Positions 13,670 to 28,056 of a stretch of DNA of 64,000 bases are shown here, piece after piece. Made by a program: the position numbers and the translations under genes. Source of the stretch: Felis catus (taxonomy: Eukaryota). Position 1 is the first letter of the stretch. Every line of letters starts with the position of its first letter. The notes below the pieces were generated by a model that worked only from the letters and a program-made list of their open reading frames with translations, did not search any database and was not told the DNA's origin. The DNA is taken from contig NC_058368.1 in the NCBI RefSeq assembly GCF_018350175.1, forward strand, positions 65,970,001 to 66,034,000, read 5' to 3'.

Positions 13670-14215
13670 CTAGGTCAGTCAAGTGTTGCTGCATAACAAA
13701 TTATTCCAAAACTTAGCAGCTTAAAACAATACACAGTCACTGTCTCAGAGTTTCCATGGGTCAGGCATCCAGGTGAAACTTAGCTGCATGTCTCTGCCTC
13801 AGGGTGTTCTACAAGGTGTCAAAGTGTCCGCGAGGTCTGTGGTCTCATCTGAAGGCTCCCCTGGGGTAGGATTATTCCTGGCTCACTTATGGGAGGTTTT
13901 ACCGAGAGCCTCAGATCTCCTTGGCTGTTTGCTGGGGCCTTCTGGAGTTCTTTATCACATGGGCTTCTCCACAAGGCAGTTCAGAATATGTCCTCTGCCT
14001 TCCCACAGAGTGAGCAAGCAAAAGAGGGTAAGCAAGAGGGAAGCCACTGTCTCTTTGTAACCTAATCATAGAAGAGATGTGCCATCACTTTTATCCTATT
14101 GTACCCATTAGAAGCAAGTCATTGTGTCCACTTTACACTCCCAGGGAGAAATTACACAAAGGTATGAATGCCAATAGGTGGGGATCTTTGGGAGCCATCT
14201 TAGATGTTGCCAGCC
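13670..14215. mobile_element. MLT1 (MaLR) LTR
   Basis: ttgctgcataacaaattattccaaaacttagcagcttaaaacaa...ggagccatcttag. Confidence 0.8.
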
Positions 14216-14699
14216 ACGCTAATAACATTTTCTTAAAAAATGTATGTACTTAAAAAATGTTCCATGGAAGTAGCAGTACAGCATTGTAACTAGGTCTTGA
14301 CGCTGATGGAAGGCTATTTTGTGACTGTCATATTTTTCACTTCTGTTCATTCTGCTCCCTCTGCCTGGTTTGTCTCACCCCATTCCTTTTGCCCAAAGTA
14401 CACAAATATCTACCCATATGTTAAATCACGATGTAAGCACTCCTTTCTTTATGGATCCTTTTTCTGACTTCCCCAAGGTAGATCTTGCCTCTGCCTTCTT
14501 AATTCTCCCAGGGTTCTGCTGTGGGCTCTTTGAAAGCCCCAGTAGCACTCATTTACACATCTAGTCTATGGGTCTCTCCACTCACCCAGCAGATTGAACT
14601 TAGCTTAAGTCAGGGACAATTAATAAATATTTGTTGGGTAAGTGAATAATGGATTATTTCTCAGTTGCTATGCAAGTTTTTGGAATCCCATCTTTAAAA

Positions 14700-14906
14700 A
14701 AAATTTTTTTTATTGTTTGCTTATTTTTGAGACAGAGCACAAGCAGGGGAAGGGCAGAGAGAGAGAGGGAGACACAGAACCCAAAGCAAGCTCCAGGCTC
14801 TAAGCTGTCAGCATAGAGCCCAATGTGAGGCTGAAACTCACAAACTGTGAAATCATGACCAGAGCCAAAGTCAGAAGCTTAACCAACTGAGCCACGCAGG
14901 TGTCCC
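14700..14906 (-). mobile_element. CanSINE
   Basis: Reverse orientation; TSD tggaatcccatctt. Confidence 0.92.
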
Positions 14907-15398
14907 AGCATGGAATCCCATCTTAAAAGGGGATAGGTCAAAAGATATTAAATAAGGCAAAAACTTCTTAGAGTCAGAATCAGATGACTCAAGAACAATG
15001 TATCAGTTACAATTCCCGGTTCTTAAAGGGATGTGATAAATTCTCCTGTTTATAGTATTTGTTTATGGTTATGGTGAATTGATTGCAATTTTTTATTTTG
15101 GGATCATCTTCATCAGGACTTTACCTGTGGAATAGTCGGTAAATTGAAATTTGAGTGTGTCCCTCCAGAAAGGATTTGTTCTGGCTTTCACCAGACTCCT
15201 CAAGGGTATCACTGACCAGAGTCCTTTGCAAGGAGGATCCTTGTACCACATGAATTGTGTAAATGTGAGTTCCAAACTCAGGTGAAAGCAGACCCAAGAT
15301 TAACATTTTTAAAAAAATATTTTACCTATTCAGAGCCTATGTTGTGCCTGTGGATTTTTTTTTTTAATTTCTCTACTCCATATTACAGAGTGTAAGCC

Positions 15399-16252
15399 CA
15401 GTGGTGTGCTGATAAATAGCTAAGAACCAACTCTTTGAAACAAACAAACAAACAAACAATGTGCCTATATATACAAATGTAAATTTCTTATAAATTTTAC
15501 TAATAACAAAGGATAATATACCTATTACAAATAATAATAAAATATAAAATACTCTTAATTTCAAGTTCCATAAAGCCAATTGATTCTCATAGAATACTTT
15601 TGTAGAAATAAGCAAAGATCCCCACATGGAAACAAACCAGGGCTCTATCTTGAGAGCATGCTATAGGAAGGGAGTCAGCTATCGAGACCCCATGACATTC
15701 ACCTTAGGACAGTGGGAAAGTGTTACAGTGAAGAAGAGAAAGAAAAGCTCCAGGTATGCTCTGATTGGACATTGCTGGCAAGAGGAAGCTGGAGGCAGGT
15801 GAAATAGAAGCAGTCTAAGTTGGGGAGCATATTTGGCTTTTTCTGATTTGTCCTCAGATGGAAGGGAGGATGAAAAACGGGGAAGCTGGAAAATATTGAC
15901 CAAATTCTAAATATTCTGATCTAATTGCTGCCGGCACTGTGAGTCACAGTTCTGTGGTCACACAGGGTCTGGCCATTGTCTGTTTTACAGTCAGTCTTCC
16001 ACTTCCATTGATTTTTGCCAAACTCCTGTGGCCATGGCTATGGCTACCAGCCGACAAAGGCTGTGGTTTCAACATTGGGGTTGTTTGTTTGTTTGTTTGT
16101 TTGTTTTAACTAGTAACAACAAAGATGAATGTATCTTGGAATTACATTTGTTCATTAATGACATGAGTGACTACTCAATCAGACCAGATAGATTTCAGAC
16201 CCTTGTAGTTTTTTGTGCTGCTCACAATATAACAGTTACGGACACACCACAC

Positions 16253-16299
<47 letters not shown>

Positions 16300-17945
16300 T
16301 TTTAAATTTACATCCAAGTTAGTTAGCATATAGCGCAACAATGACTTCAGGAGTAGATTCCTTAATGCTCCTTTCCCATTTACCCCATCCGCCCCCCCTC
16401 CACTTACCTGTGGAAAACAAACAAATCTGTTTGTTTTCCATATTTAAGAGTCTCCTATGTTTTGTCCCCCTCCCTGTTTTTATATTATTTTTGCTTCTCT
16501 TCCCTTATGTTCATCTGTTTTGTCTCTTAAAGTCCTCGTAAGAGTGAAGTCATATGTTTGTCCTTCTCTGACTGACTAATTTCGCTTAGGATAATACCCT
16601 CTAGTTCCATCCATGTAGTTGCAAATGGAAAGATTTCATTCTTTTTGATTGCTGAGTCATACTCCATTGTATATATATACACCACACATGTTCTCTATCC
16701 ATTCATCCATTGATGGATATTTGGGCTCTTTCCATACTTTGGCTATTGTTGATAGTGCTGCTGTAACATGGGGGTGCATGTGTCCCTTCGAAACAGCACA
16801 CCTGTATCCCTTGGATAAATACCTAGTAGTGCAATTACTGGGTCATAGGGTAGTTCTGTTTTTAGTTTTTTGAGGAACCTCCACACTGTTTTCCAGAGTG
16901 GCTGTACCAGTTTGCATTCCCACCAGCAGTGCAAAAGAGCTCCTCTTTCTCCGCATCCTCAACAACATCTGTTGTTGCCGGAGTTGTTAATGTTAGCCAT
17001 TCTGACAGGTGCGAGGTGGGATCTCATTGTGGTTTTGATTTGTGTTTCCCTGATGATGAGTGATGTTGAGCATTTTCTCATGTGCCACTTGGCCATCTGG
17101 ATGTCTTCTTTGGAGAAGTGTCTCTTCATGTCTTTTACCGATTTCTTCACTGGATTATTTGTTTTTTGGGTGTTGAGTTTGATAAGTTCTTTATAGATTT
17201 TGGATACTAACCCACTATCTGATATGTTGTTTGTAAATATCTTCTCCCATTCTGTCAGTTGCCTTTTAGTTTTGCCGATTGTTTCTTTCACTGTGCAGAA
17301 GCTTTTTATTTTGATGAGGTCCCTATAGTTCATTTTTGCTTTTGTTTCCCTTGACTCCGGAGACGTGTTGGGTAAGAAGTTGCTGCGGGCAAGATCAAAG
17401 AGGTTTTTGCCTGCTTTCTCCTTGAGGATTTTGATGGCATCCTGTCTTACATTTAGGTCTTTCATGCATTTTGAGTTTATTTATGTGTATGGTGTAAGAA
17501 AGTGGTCCAGGTTCAAGACATACCACACTTTTAACTTGAGTCTTCACTGTTAACCAAATTTCCATCACTTTTTAAGTCTAGACAATCCATAAAGCAGTAA
17601 TTGAAGCTCTGTAGCATTTGCAGATTTCCATAGTATAACACTCCTATCCTGGCCAATTTCAAGGTACCAATGACATTAGTGAGGACAGGGTTTGAAAGAA
17701 AGGTGCCGGAGATCATTACCATTATGTAGAATTGCCTCCACAGAAATGCAATGGACATAAATAACCTCAAACACATAGGTAATAGTAAAATGTAATAAGT
17801 AATTAGTAACTAATGTGTTTTGAGTGTTTCTCACCTTTATCTTAGTATAACTTATTTACTTGCAGATTTGCACAGTTTTAAATAATGCATCTGTTTGACC
17901 ACAAGTTCACAAATATTGTGAAAGTTTAACAATTGCCACCATATC
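15399..17945. mobile_element. Arthur1-like hAT-Tip100 DNA transposon fossil containing nested LTR-like (~15630-16000) and L1 insertions
   Basis: Starts cagtggtgtgctgataaat, resembling the Arthur1 terminus from memory; similar sequence resumes after the L1. Confidence 0.45.
16255..17516 (-). mobile_element. 5'-truncated carnivore L1 (ORF2 C-terminus plus 3'UTR)
   Basis: ORF2 peptides [13 protein letters not shown]...EWEKIF and [20 protein letters not shown]; (TTTA)n tail; TSD gaca(c/t)accacactt at 16241-16254 and 17517-17530. Confidence 0.97.
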
Positions 17946-20900
17946 TTTGGTGTAATGAGACAGAATTTACATCAATAAGCAGAGGAGTTAATACCTCAGT
18001 CTTCCCATTCATGAGAACTGTGGTATAGGTCTTTGTTCCACCTTACAAAGGTGCAGGGCTCACCTCTTCTCAGAAGGCCATTAAGACCCAAAGCCTTTGC
18101 CCCAGTGATTCCATCAGACAGCTTGAGCACCTGCTGCTCTTGAGTTTCATTTTGGATTTTGGCCCCTAGGGATTTTCCTTGTTGTCTCTCTACCTTATTA
18201 TGCATTTAAAAGAGTGTTTTTAGAGTCTCATCCAGCATTTGGGGGTGTTTTGTCCAGGGAAGTTTTTAAGATGTCTGATTTTAAGATTTAAAAAATACTG
18301 CAAGGAAGAGAAGGCACCTGTCTTGTATTAGCACTCTGTAGATATTTCTGACCTTGACTCTGACTCTGTGTAAGCAAGTTTTTCTGACCTTCAAAATTCA
18401 GCTTTTTGAGACTTGCTAATAATCCAAGGTCAGTTTGCTTTATGCATAAAAACTTGCAGTTCTTCAGTGATTCTTATCCTTTTTGGCCTTCAAGAGGCAG
18501 GCTTTGATTGAGAAAAAGAGGACTAGTCATTCCTAGATGAGCAGGCATTGAGGAACATGCTGTAGGAACAGAGTTGCCTGCCGGATGTCTGGCTGGCTGC
18601 TTGGTTCAGGGTTCTCAAACACGTCAATTTCAAAAGATGCTTGAAGGCGAAATAGTCACATATTCTTCCAAATTAATGAATGAAAGAAAGAATTGGTCCC
18701 TAGATTACAACATTTACATAAATTCATGAAAAAAGGAGATAAAATACAACGAGCCATCTATAGGAAAAATAAAGAGATTACTGGCGATATTTCACTGACC
18801 TCTGAAACAGTCTCATAATTGTAAAACACACAAGAAGAACACAAAGTTTAATATGGAAAGCAATGGATCGATATAAAAATGTATTTTTTTAATTTATTAA
18901 CATGGGCAACCAAAATACGGATCTAAACATAAAAGTTGAAGCAACTGAGTTGAATGATACCTTGTTTTCAAAAGTAACTGTGATATGTAGAAGTCTATAA
19001 AGGAGAAAATACACATATAGTGAATACAGTCAGATGCATCTATATGAATTAACACTGCTTCACAGTAAGGCCAAGTTCATATACAAAAGGGTGGGCTTTT
19101 CCCTTTGACACTTTTCTTTTTGTTACCACCAAAATACATAGTGTCCCTTATGGTACCTGGCTCTGTTATTTTTATAGACTGGAAGCTTTCCTAAAATTCT
19201 TTTGAGAATTAGTCTGGTCCTAAAGGAATCTCTTTCTCTAAACAGAAGATGTCATCCGAACACGTAAAGCTCAGGGATTAAGGGGCAGATGCTCCCGTGG
19301 CTATTTCTCACTTGTCAATTTCCCTTATTTATCAGTTTGTCAATTTAAGTAGCCTACTTAATTTTACCACCCTCATTATCTGGGGGTATCATTATATCCT
19401 GTGCTGTAACTTCTAGAATTCTCTTCCAAAAATACCAACATATTTCAAGTGAATTTAAATTAAGAAACACTACAGTCAGCGATCAGTTACCTGATTTCAA
19501 GTGGTCCAAAATTGACATTGTCTTGGAGTGGTATCAACAGACCCTTCAAGTCCTTATCAAAATAAAAATTTACCTATCAACCATGCATTAAAAGAGCCCC
19601 TGTTCAATGACTATGTTCTTCCTATCATATTTTCTCTGATTCAAATACATATTCATGTAATATAAATTTCATTTTATGCAAGAACGACAACCAGTTGTGT
19701 CAAGCGAGATGGATTTGATTGATTTGCTTAACAAATGTTTTCTTTTAGAAGATCCAATTATTCTTATAGGCCATCTTGGCGAATGTACGCTTGTTCAATA
19801 GCTTGATTCCTAGCTGTGGATTCATTTAATCGTGTTTCACTATAAATTCATGAACTGTAGATAGTGGTGTCCAAGCAATTTTTTTCTTAAATTATTAATG
19901 GAAATACCCAATGTTGGGTGTGGATTTAAATCATTGTACCTGGTACAAAATATGTCTCATAGCAAAAATATGATTTAATGCATAATTTATTTAAGGTTTA
20001 GCAAAGAGGTAGGAGGTGTTCTTTTCCAAATGCAAACATTCTGGAAAACACTGCTAGATAAGTAAACACGATGCTTTAAGAGGGAGTGTGTGAGGCAGTA
20101 AATGTCATCCCCAACTCAGATAAACAATAAAATTATATTTATGTGATGATGGAGATGTTTTTGTGGCATCCGTGCACCTTTAAAACACAGCCAGGATTAT
20201 TGATGAATATGCCCTTTACAGTCGCTTTGGTTTGCTTGTTTTTTGTTTGCTTTGTAGTGATCTTTGACAGATAAAATTGTTTTTCCATTAATCCCCCTTC
20301 ATTCCATTTTTTTTTAAATCCCCATATGTTCTGATATTTCCAAAACACTGAGTTGAGATATAAAACTTATCTGCAGAGATGACAAGCTTTCCCCCTTCAT
20401 TTTAAACTGACATTTGTTATTGATTGAATATGTAGCGTTTACCCCAACTTTGGGAACCTTCTACCTTATTGGTTTTGTTTTGTTTTGTTTTGTTTTGTTT
20501 AGACCCATAATCAAGGTCCTTTTTCTGTCCCAAACCTAACAGCTCCAAATTATCTTCAATTTTTTTTTCATTTCAAAAGATGTTTGTTTTTTTTAATCAA
20601 TGAGAGATTTTAGTAATATTCTGAGACACTTTTCTTTGAGCTTTAACCTGCAATTTAGAAAATAAAGCAACTTCCAATTATCAGCTTATGTCCTGCTGCC
20701 TGGCATAAGCAGTGAAACTTGCCCTTGCAGAAGTCAATAGATTCTTGTGTTGGTGTGCACACATGTTTACATGTCTGTGTGTACATGTGTTCAGTTATGG
20801 TTGAGAGTCTAATAAAGAATAATCAAAAGACTAGGCCCTAACATTCAAGAGGCATAAAATCTGAGCTTTTCACGGATCTCTCAAATTCACAATAAATGTA

Positions 20901-21039
20901 TAAATGATGCATGAGAACAGGTTAATGAAGCTGTGTGGAGATGGATGTAAAAATAAAAATTAACCAGACTCGGTCATTACTCAAGTGATAACCCACATCA
21001 GAGTTGCAAGTTGATGAATAAAAATGTCTAAGAAAGTCT

Positions 21040-21250
21040 AATAAGAGTTAGCAAATACTGGGGGAAGAGAAACAGGACATTACTATTTAATGGGTACAGA
21101 GTTTCCATTTGGGATGATGGAAAATTTCTGGAAATGAACAGTGGTGATGGTGGCATGACATTGTGAATGTTCTTAATGTCATTAAACTGTATGTTTCATA
21201 CGGCTTGAATGATTAATTTCATGTTATATGTGCTTTACCATAATAAAATT
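21040..21250 (+). mobile_element. L1MB/MC-type 3' end
   Basis: aatgggtacagagtttccatttgggatgatggaaaatttctggaaatg. Confidence 0.75.
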
Positions 21251-22395
21251 AATTAATTACAATAAATTAAATACCTAAATTTCATGAAAATTGAGAAACA
21301 ACAACAAATTTGAAATACTAAAAATGTTAGATCCCTGAATGGCAAGGCTTTGCCATATTAGCTAGTGATATGTATGTTGAAGCTTTAGGGAATGGGCACC
21401 TATTACTCTATTACACTTAAATAATACATATACAAATATAAAAGCTAAAGGAATATGCGATTTTTTTTGCTCGTATCGTATCTAGAGCCATAGCCTATGC
21501 TGTTTAAATCACCTGCTCACAGAATTTTTAGATGAGTAGGCTCCAGAGTTACTAATGATGATGATATTAATGATGATAAATTTATGCTGATTCCACTTGT
21601 CCTTACTGGTCACAACTGCTTAGTCTGATCTCTTGTCTCTTGATATTTTACCTAACTGAGTGATTAAGTGATGATAGCAGGGGGTCACTCTCTGTTCCCT
21701 TTGATTCATCTATAAACATCCATATTTTCATGATTTTCCTGTTTCGTGAATCTGTCTGTGACCTTCTCGTACACTTGACAGAGTTGGTTGTGCATCCAGA
21801 AACTATTCTGAAGCCAGGGAAATTTTTTATTGTCAAAGCTCATAGGTGCTGGACATTCACAGAGGAGAAACCTCGAGTTCTCAAAACTAATTTTGCCCTC
21901 TGAGGTTACTGAGGAGACTTACCCATCATCCTCTTCTACCCTGGTAGATAGGACACCCCTCTTCAGAACTTACCCCATTTGGTGGTCTGAGGGAGTAAAG
22001 GGTGAATTTGGCCAAGGTCATATTATCCTTCACCTTGGAAACTGAAAACTGCACGAATAATATTTTCTTTGTGTCTTACGTACAAGGCAAATTCAAGTAA
22101 AATAGAAAATGTAGCTTGTATATTTCAGGAAAATTATTTGGGCAGTAAGAGTAGGTATGCCGTTTCATGCCTGCCCACTCTTACCAGTCTCTTATCTTCC
22201 TGGTAAATGCTTTTCATCCTCAACAAAAGGTAGAATGTTACTTCCTGCTTGATGCCTTCCTCAACCCTCCCAGGTCACTTTAACCTGTGGAACCTACCAA
22301 GTTTAATTATTATTATTTTAAATCTCTGATCCCCTTTATCTTCTGGAGCTCTCTAGGGTCAGGACTATTCCCACTATACAGTTTCCACCATCTTC

Positions 22396-22624
22396 TTTTT
22401 TTTTTTTTAATTTTTTTTCAACGTTTTTATTTATTTTTGGGACAGAGAGAGACAGAGCATGAACGGGGGAGGGGCAGAGAGAGAGGGAGACACAGAATCG
22501 GAAACAGGCTCCAGGCTCTGAGCCATCAGCCCAGAGCCTGACGCGGGGCTCGAACTCACCGGACCGCGAGATCGTGACCTGGCTGAAGTCGGATGCTTAA
22601 CCGACTGCGCCACCCAGGCGCCCC
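22396..22624 (-). mobile_element. Young feliform CanSINE
   Basis: Near-consensus and CpG-rich; TSD tccaccatcttctt. Confidence 0.96.
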
Positions 22625-22789
22625 TCCACCATCTTCTTAATGCTAGAGCATTGTCATTTTCTTGCTCCCCCCCCCATAAGTCTTGAATGAATGAATGAAT
22701 GAATGAATGTATTAGTGAATGAAAAAATATCCAGCCTTACACATTTTATTTATTAGTTTGCTTCTGTTTTGCTGATGTTTAGTAAAGAC

Positions 22790-22915
22790 TTTAGAATCAG
22801 AAGTTTGATTTTAACTTCTATTTCTTAGAAGCACTGTGAGCCTGGATAAATTACCCCACCTCTCTGAGCCTGAGTTTCTTCATCTATAGAGTAACGATAA
22901 TACTACTTACTTCAA
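22790..22915 (+). mobile_element. MIR fragment
   Basis: ctgtgagcctggataaatta...ctctgagcctgagtttcttcatctata. Confidence 0.6.
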
Positions 22916-23899
22916 GGCTCAAAAGCCTTACAAAAGGCTCAAAATGAAGGCAGTCAGGTGATTTAATATTAGTTAACAATCTCTGGACAAGAACTGATAG
23001 CAGCAAACAAGATGTAAACAAAATCTTGAATTTTTCTTTTAAGACAACATGTAGAAGAGAAATCAATAGCCATAAAGGTCAGTGGGGCTAATTAGCTACA
23101 AGGGATAAAATGATGGACATATTTCATAGGCAATCTTCATCCTAAAATAAATGGATTGTGTTTCAGATGATTGCGTCTTCTGAGTCAATTGCCTTAGAGC
23201 TCAGAAATACATTCTTCCGTGCAATCAACATGCCAGTCAATGGCTCAGTTCTGAGCAGAGCCAACAGAGTACAGCAATATGCAGTGTTAAAGAATTGTCC
23301 ACTTTGGTTATCATACTTGTATTTTTCCTGTAAAGTAGTCTCTATAATTCAAGCTTCCAGGAATGCATGAGGTATGCACAACGTAGCACTGGCTGAAACG
23401 TGGGGAAAAGGCAGTCTGAGAATTTTGACAGACAAGTAGGTCCAAAAAACACAACTTATAACCAAAAAATGAAATTAGGTAATAAAATTAAAATTAAACT
23501 AAAAATGAGATTTTTATACCCATTTTCAAGACAGTAATTCAAATCAACCCCAAATCTCTTAAACGAATCTTTAGGGAATCTCTTATATTGGGAAGAACTG
23601 GGTGAACGTTACTGTGAACCAGAGCTATGTTAAAATCCTGCCTTTGCCATGTAGGACCCCAGGATGGTGAAAATTGTACACACCTTCTTGAGTTTTAATT
23701 TCCTTACATGCAAAATGAGAACATTAATACTTGACACAGTTGCCAAGAATGATTATATGCTATAATTTATTTTGATTTATTAGGATTATCTTTCTTGTAC
23801 CATTTGTCTCTCACTATTTTCCTCCCACATCAGCTCATACCTATACACAAAAACACATAGATTTTACCCTCCTTGAAACTGTTCCATTAAAAACATCAC

Positions 23900-24620
23900 T
23901 ATTATTCAGGGTTTTTTTTTTCCTTCTACAGAATTCTCATACTTTCCATGTTTCTTTCTTAAGCCAACTACTTCTCTTTATCCTTCTCATTGGGCCACCC
24001 TTCAAAGCTGTCACAAGTTCATTTGGCTTAGCATTTCCATTCACCCCATTGCCCTGACTCCATCTGAACCAAGTCTTCCCTGCTGTCTTTATTTTTCACC
24101 ACTTTTGCTCCAGTGTCTTCCCTTAGCGTTGCTGTGGTCTTTGTAAAGCCCACCTGTGACTCTGATTCTTTTTCTACTTCTACTGAGTATTCTTACTTAA
24201 ACATGTTACTTAGCATTTAAACCCTTCCTTTGAATGTTCTCTTCTCTTTCTCCTTTGACCCTTGCTGTTGTAGTCTTCTCTCCTGAACATTCGCTTCCCT
24301 CTTTCCCACTCAGCCTGGGGCTTTCAGTCCACCTCCAGTGGAATATTTATTCTCTTTTTTTTTCTTCATTATTGCCCTGGTTTTTTGTGTCTTCCCTTCC
24401 TTCTCTTTTGAACAGAGCCACCTGTCCTTAAATAAGTCCTGTGTCTCCCTTTCCTAGAACAGTCCTATCCCATGTTTGTTCCTCTACGTCTTGTTCCTCT
24501 TATTTTCTTTTTTTTCCCATCTGGCTTTTCTTACATTGGAAATCTATCAACTTATTTCCCATAGTTTTATTTTCAATTGTTATGTGACATTCTAAATTCA
24601 TCTTGATAGATAGTATTTCT
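23900..24620 (-). mobile_element. L2 remnant
   Basis: Pyrimidine-rich L2-like tract (tagcatttaaacccttcctttgaa). Confidence 0.45.
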
Positions 24621-24939
24621 TTCTGTCCCTTCAGACTGGTTTTTTGTTGTTGTTTTGGTTTGGTTTGGTTAGGTTTTTTTATTTCCTTTTTCCTAGGATC
24701 TATTTCTGGAAACTTTGCACTGATATATCAAATCATAAAGTCATAAAATTGTAGAGGTGGAAGGAACCATAAATATTGCTGAGATCATAGGAAGGAAAGT
24801 GACTAGAAAACATTTTCCAAAAGCTCAGCTCATAGGTGTCACCCCCACCCCCACCCAGAAACTGGAGGTGGAGCCTCATTCTACTTTGATATTGTCAATT
24901 GCTACATGTGTAATTTTCAGTCATTTTTTCTATCGAAAA

Positions 24940-25259
24940 AATGGATTGATACAGTGCAGATGCTTTTTAAAAGTTGGACAAATTTACAGGACATAAAATT
25001 CATTATTTCAACCATTTTAATGTGTACAATTCTGTGGCATTTAGCATTTTCACCATGCTGTGCAGCCATCACTAATATCTAGTTCCAGAACATTTTTTAT
25101 CACCCAAAAGGAAACTCCTTACCCATTAAGCAGTCACTCCCTAGTTCTCCCTTGCCCCCAGCCCCTGGCAACCACCAATCTGCCTTCCTTTTCTAAGGAT
25201 TTACCTATTCTATACAGTTCATGTAAATAGATTCACAAAATGTAGCCTTTTGTGTCTGG

Positions 25260-25268
<9 letters not shown>
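24940..25268 (-). mobile_element. L1MB-type 3' end followed by (CA)n
   Basis: tgtacaattctgtggcatttag...catcactaatatctagttccagaacatttt...cagcccctggcaaccaccaatctg. Confidence 0.8.
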
Positions 25269-25298
<30 letters not shown>

Positions 25299-27789
25299 TA
25301 TAATAAGCATTTTCTCTTAAATATTCTTCTACATTTACAGTGCTTTTTTCTGTTCCAAGATTGTGCACATTCTCTTTTTACGAGTGGTAGTATTACGTCC
25401 TTTTTTCCACAACAGAAACACCCTTTCTGATGTAGACTTTAACGCATGCAGCACACAGATGAAGTGTGCCTTGGGTTGGGCCTATCTAACAGGCCTGCAT
25501 GGGATGCTCCTGGTGGCTACTCTGTCTCACTTGACAAAGAGCCTTCACTCATTCTGGTCTTTGTGCTCTGGTCCAATCTCTAAAATAGTTCCAGGAGGAA
25601 GACTAATATGAAGCTCCCAAAGACTCCTCATTTGCCCTAGACTTTGTAACTCCAAATATGTCCAAACCCAAGGCTGCCTCCTTCGACATCCACCGTCTGC
25701 TGGTGTAGTTGGGAACACGGAGATTTGTCACACTTTTGCTGTCGGGCTGTCCACATGGCAACTACTTCACATCAGTTGCCCCTTCTCTTCACCAGTGACC
25801 TCTGCCTACTTTTTGCAGATCTCTGTCTGAAGGTCCTGGTTGTTTTTAACAGAATCCTGGGTCCCTCGTATGAATGGCGTGGATGAATCCATGGGATGAA
25901 TGGCAGCAGGTCACACTTTGCTTTATTACCCTGCCCCCATCTCTGTTTCTTTCCTCTTTATTATCTCTCTACTGCCTTTACCAACACCTCTTTTGATATC
26001 CTCCTGCCAGTGTGAGGTAAAAAGAAGCTGCTTATTTGTTGGGTATCTCTTGAATGAAACACACACACACACACACACACACTTCAACAGGTCAAACACA
26101 GATGTGAATTTTCAGTGGTAATATAACCTAGCTCTACATTAAGGAAGCAAACTTTTCCCCAAATGCAGTATTATCTACACAGATCACCATCTTCAAAGAC
26201 AACAGCTTTCAATATTCATTATTATGCAGATTGATATCACACAAACATTAACAAACAGTAAGATTTGCCTTCTCCCATCAAAGTTATGCCCAAGAGCCCA
26301 CCTATTTGAAAAACAGAGTCATCCATTCATTGATGCCAATACAAACACCTGGTAGAAGGTTTAAAATTACGGCTTTTCTGTCCCTTAACACAAAATCACA
26401 TTTCTAGGCGAGACCTCACTGCTTTTTGTGAAGAGAGGATGGTTATATGAGCATCCTCTATACACGTAAGAGAGTTATTGAGCAGGTTGTTGAGATGGGG
26501 AATGTTGTTCTAGCTTCGTGTTCTTTGGATTCATCCTATTTAAATTAATAGTAAGAATCATCATAATATTATTTCTGTCTGGGCAATGGTTGTACTCTTA
26601 TGAGGCGGCCTTTTATTATAAACCTTACCTTGAAAGAACTTAACAGATATCTCTTAATAAAAACTGCTTTAGTGTTCTTACCTTCTGTCTTCATTTTTTT
26701 CCTACCTTCGCCTTGAGAGAGAAGTCAGGGCTAATTAATGTATTTTCACTTTCCTCCCTCATATTCAAAATTCTATCTTTTCTTCCTCTCTCTACACCAA
26801 TGAATTTTTCAGTTTTTTGGCTGTCTCTTTTCTTCTTCAGCAAACTACAGCTTAAACTACCACCTACCCTGTTTTTCTGGGTGGCGAAGAGAGATGGAAA
26901 TCATCTTGATAAAACAAATATATAGCCCTACATTTATTCACTCTGCCCAGGCCTCCTATTATTGTCTACCTTCTACCCTAGTTGGGGTCCTTGAACTGCT
27001 ATTTTACAAGCCCTTCCCCCTTTCTCTCCCTTGGTGGTGGCCGTGTTAGCTTCCTCCAACCATGCAACCCACACGCATTAGACCCTTGTGACAGTTCTCT
27101 AAGTGAGCTGGAAATGTGTCACTATCATCTTAAATCCAGTGGATTGCCTTTTGAAAAGATTGGGGTCAAGAACCCTCGTTTTCTACATCCACGTGTGATT
27201 ATTTTCCCCCCTTACTCCTGCCAAAATAGTGATGTTAGTCCTGTCAGTGTTAAAAGTAGTCAACGTCAGACTATTTTACTGGAGAAATCCATATTAAATA
27301 GAAATGATGAGTGCTTGTTTCTCTAGGCCACAAGTCAAGAAGGATTTTCTCCAAAACAGAATTGTTGAATATTCGAGGATTAGTATGTGAAAGCACATCC
27401 TGCTGTTTCCACTTCTGCCCCAATCCTAGATTGGGATGACACTATCAATTAATCAAGTAACAAGTATTTATTCAGCACATACTCTGTACTAAACGGAATT
27501 AAAGCCAAAAGAGCTACATTTTTCAATTGATGTAAAGGGCAAAAATATATCTATGTCCAACCGGGCATATTTGTTTTCAACAGATGGATAAGCACCCTCT
27601 TCTGTTCATCTGCATTTCATTGACTTCCTTTCCAAATGTATGTTCCACAGCCACAGCCTCCTTTGGAAGTTTTCTTCACTTAAAAATGATTGTAGAAAAT
27701 CCTTCTGCCACTTTGTTCTTTTCAAGGTGACTCTTAGAGAGTCTAAATAAAAGCATCTGTGTAGAGGAGGCTATTTTAAAAACCATCTG

Positions 27790-27958
27790 GAGAGACACCT
27801 GAGTGGCTCAGTTGGTTAAGCATTCCAACTCTTGGTTTTGGCTCAGGTCATGATCTCACAGTTCATGGGATCGGGCCCTGTGTCAGGCTCTGTGCAGACA
27901 GCTTGAAGCCTGCTTGGGATTTTCTCTCCCTCTTTTTCTGCCTCACTCCTGTTCAGTC

Positions 27959-28026
<68 letters not shown>

Positions 28027-28056
28027 CCCCTCTTTCAAAATAAATAAACTTTAAAA
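27790..28056 (+). mobile_element. CanSINE with expanded (CT)n
   Basis: Head, long CT tract, A tail. Confidence 0.9.
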
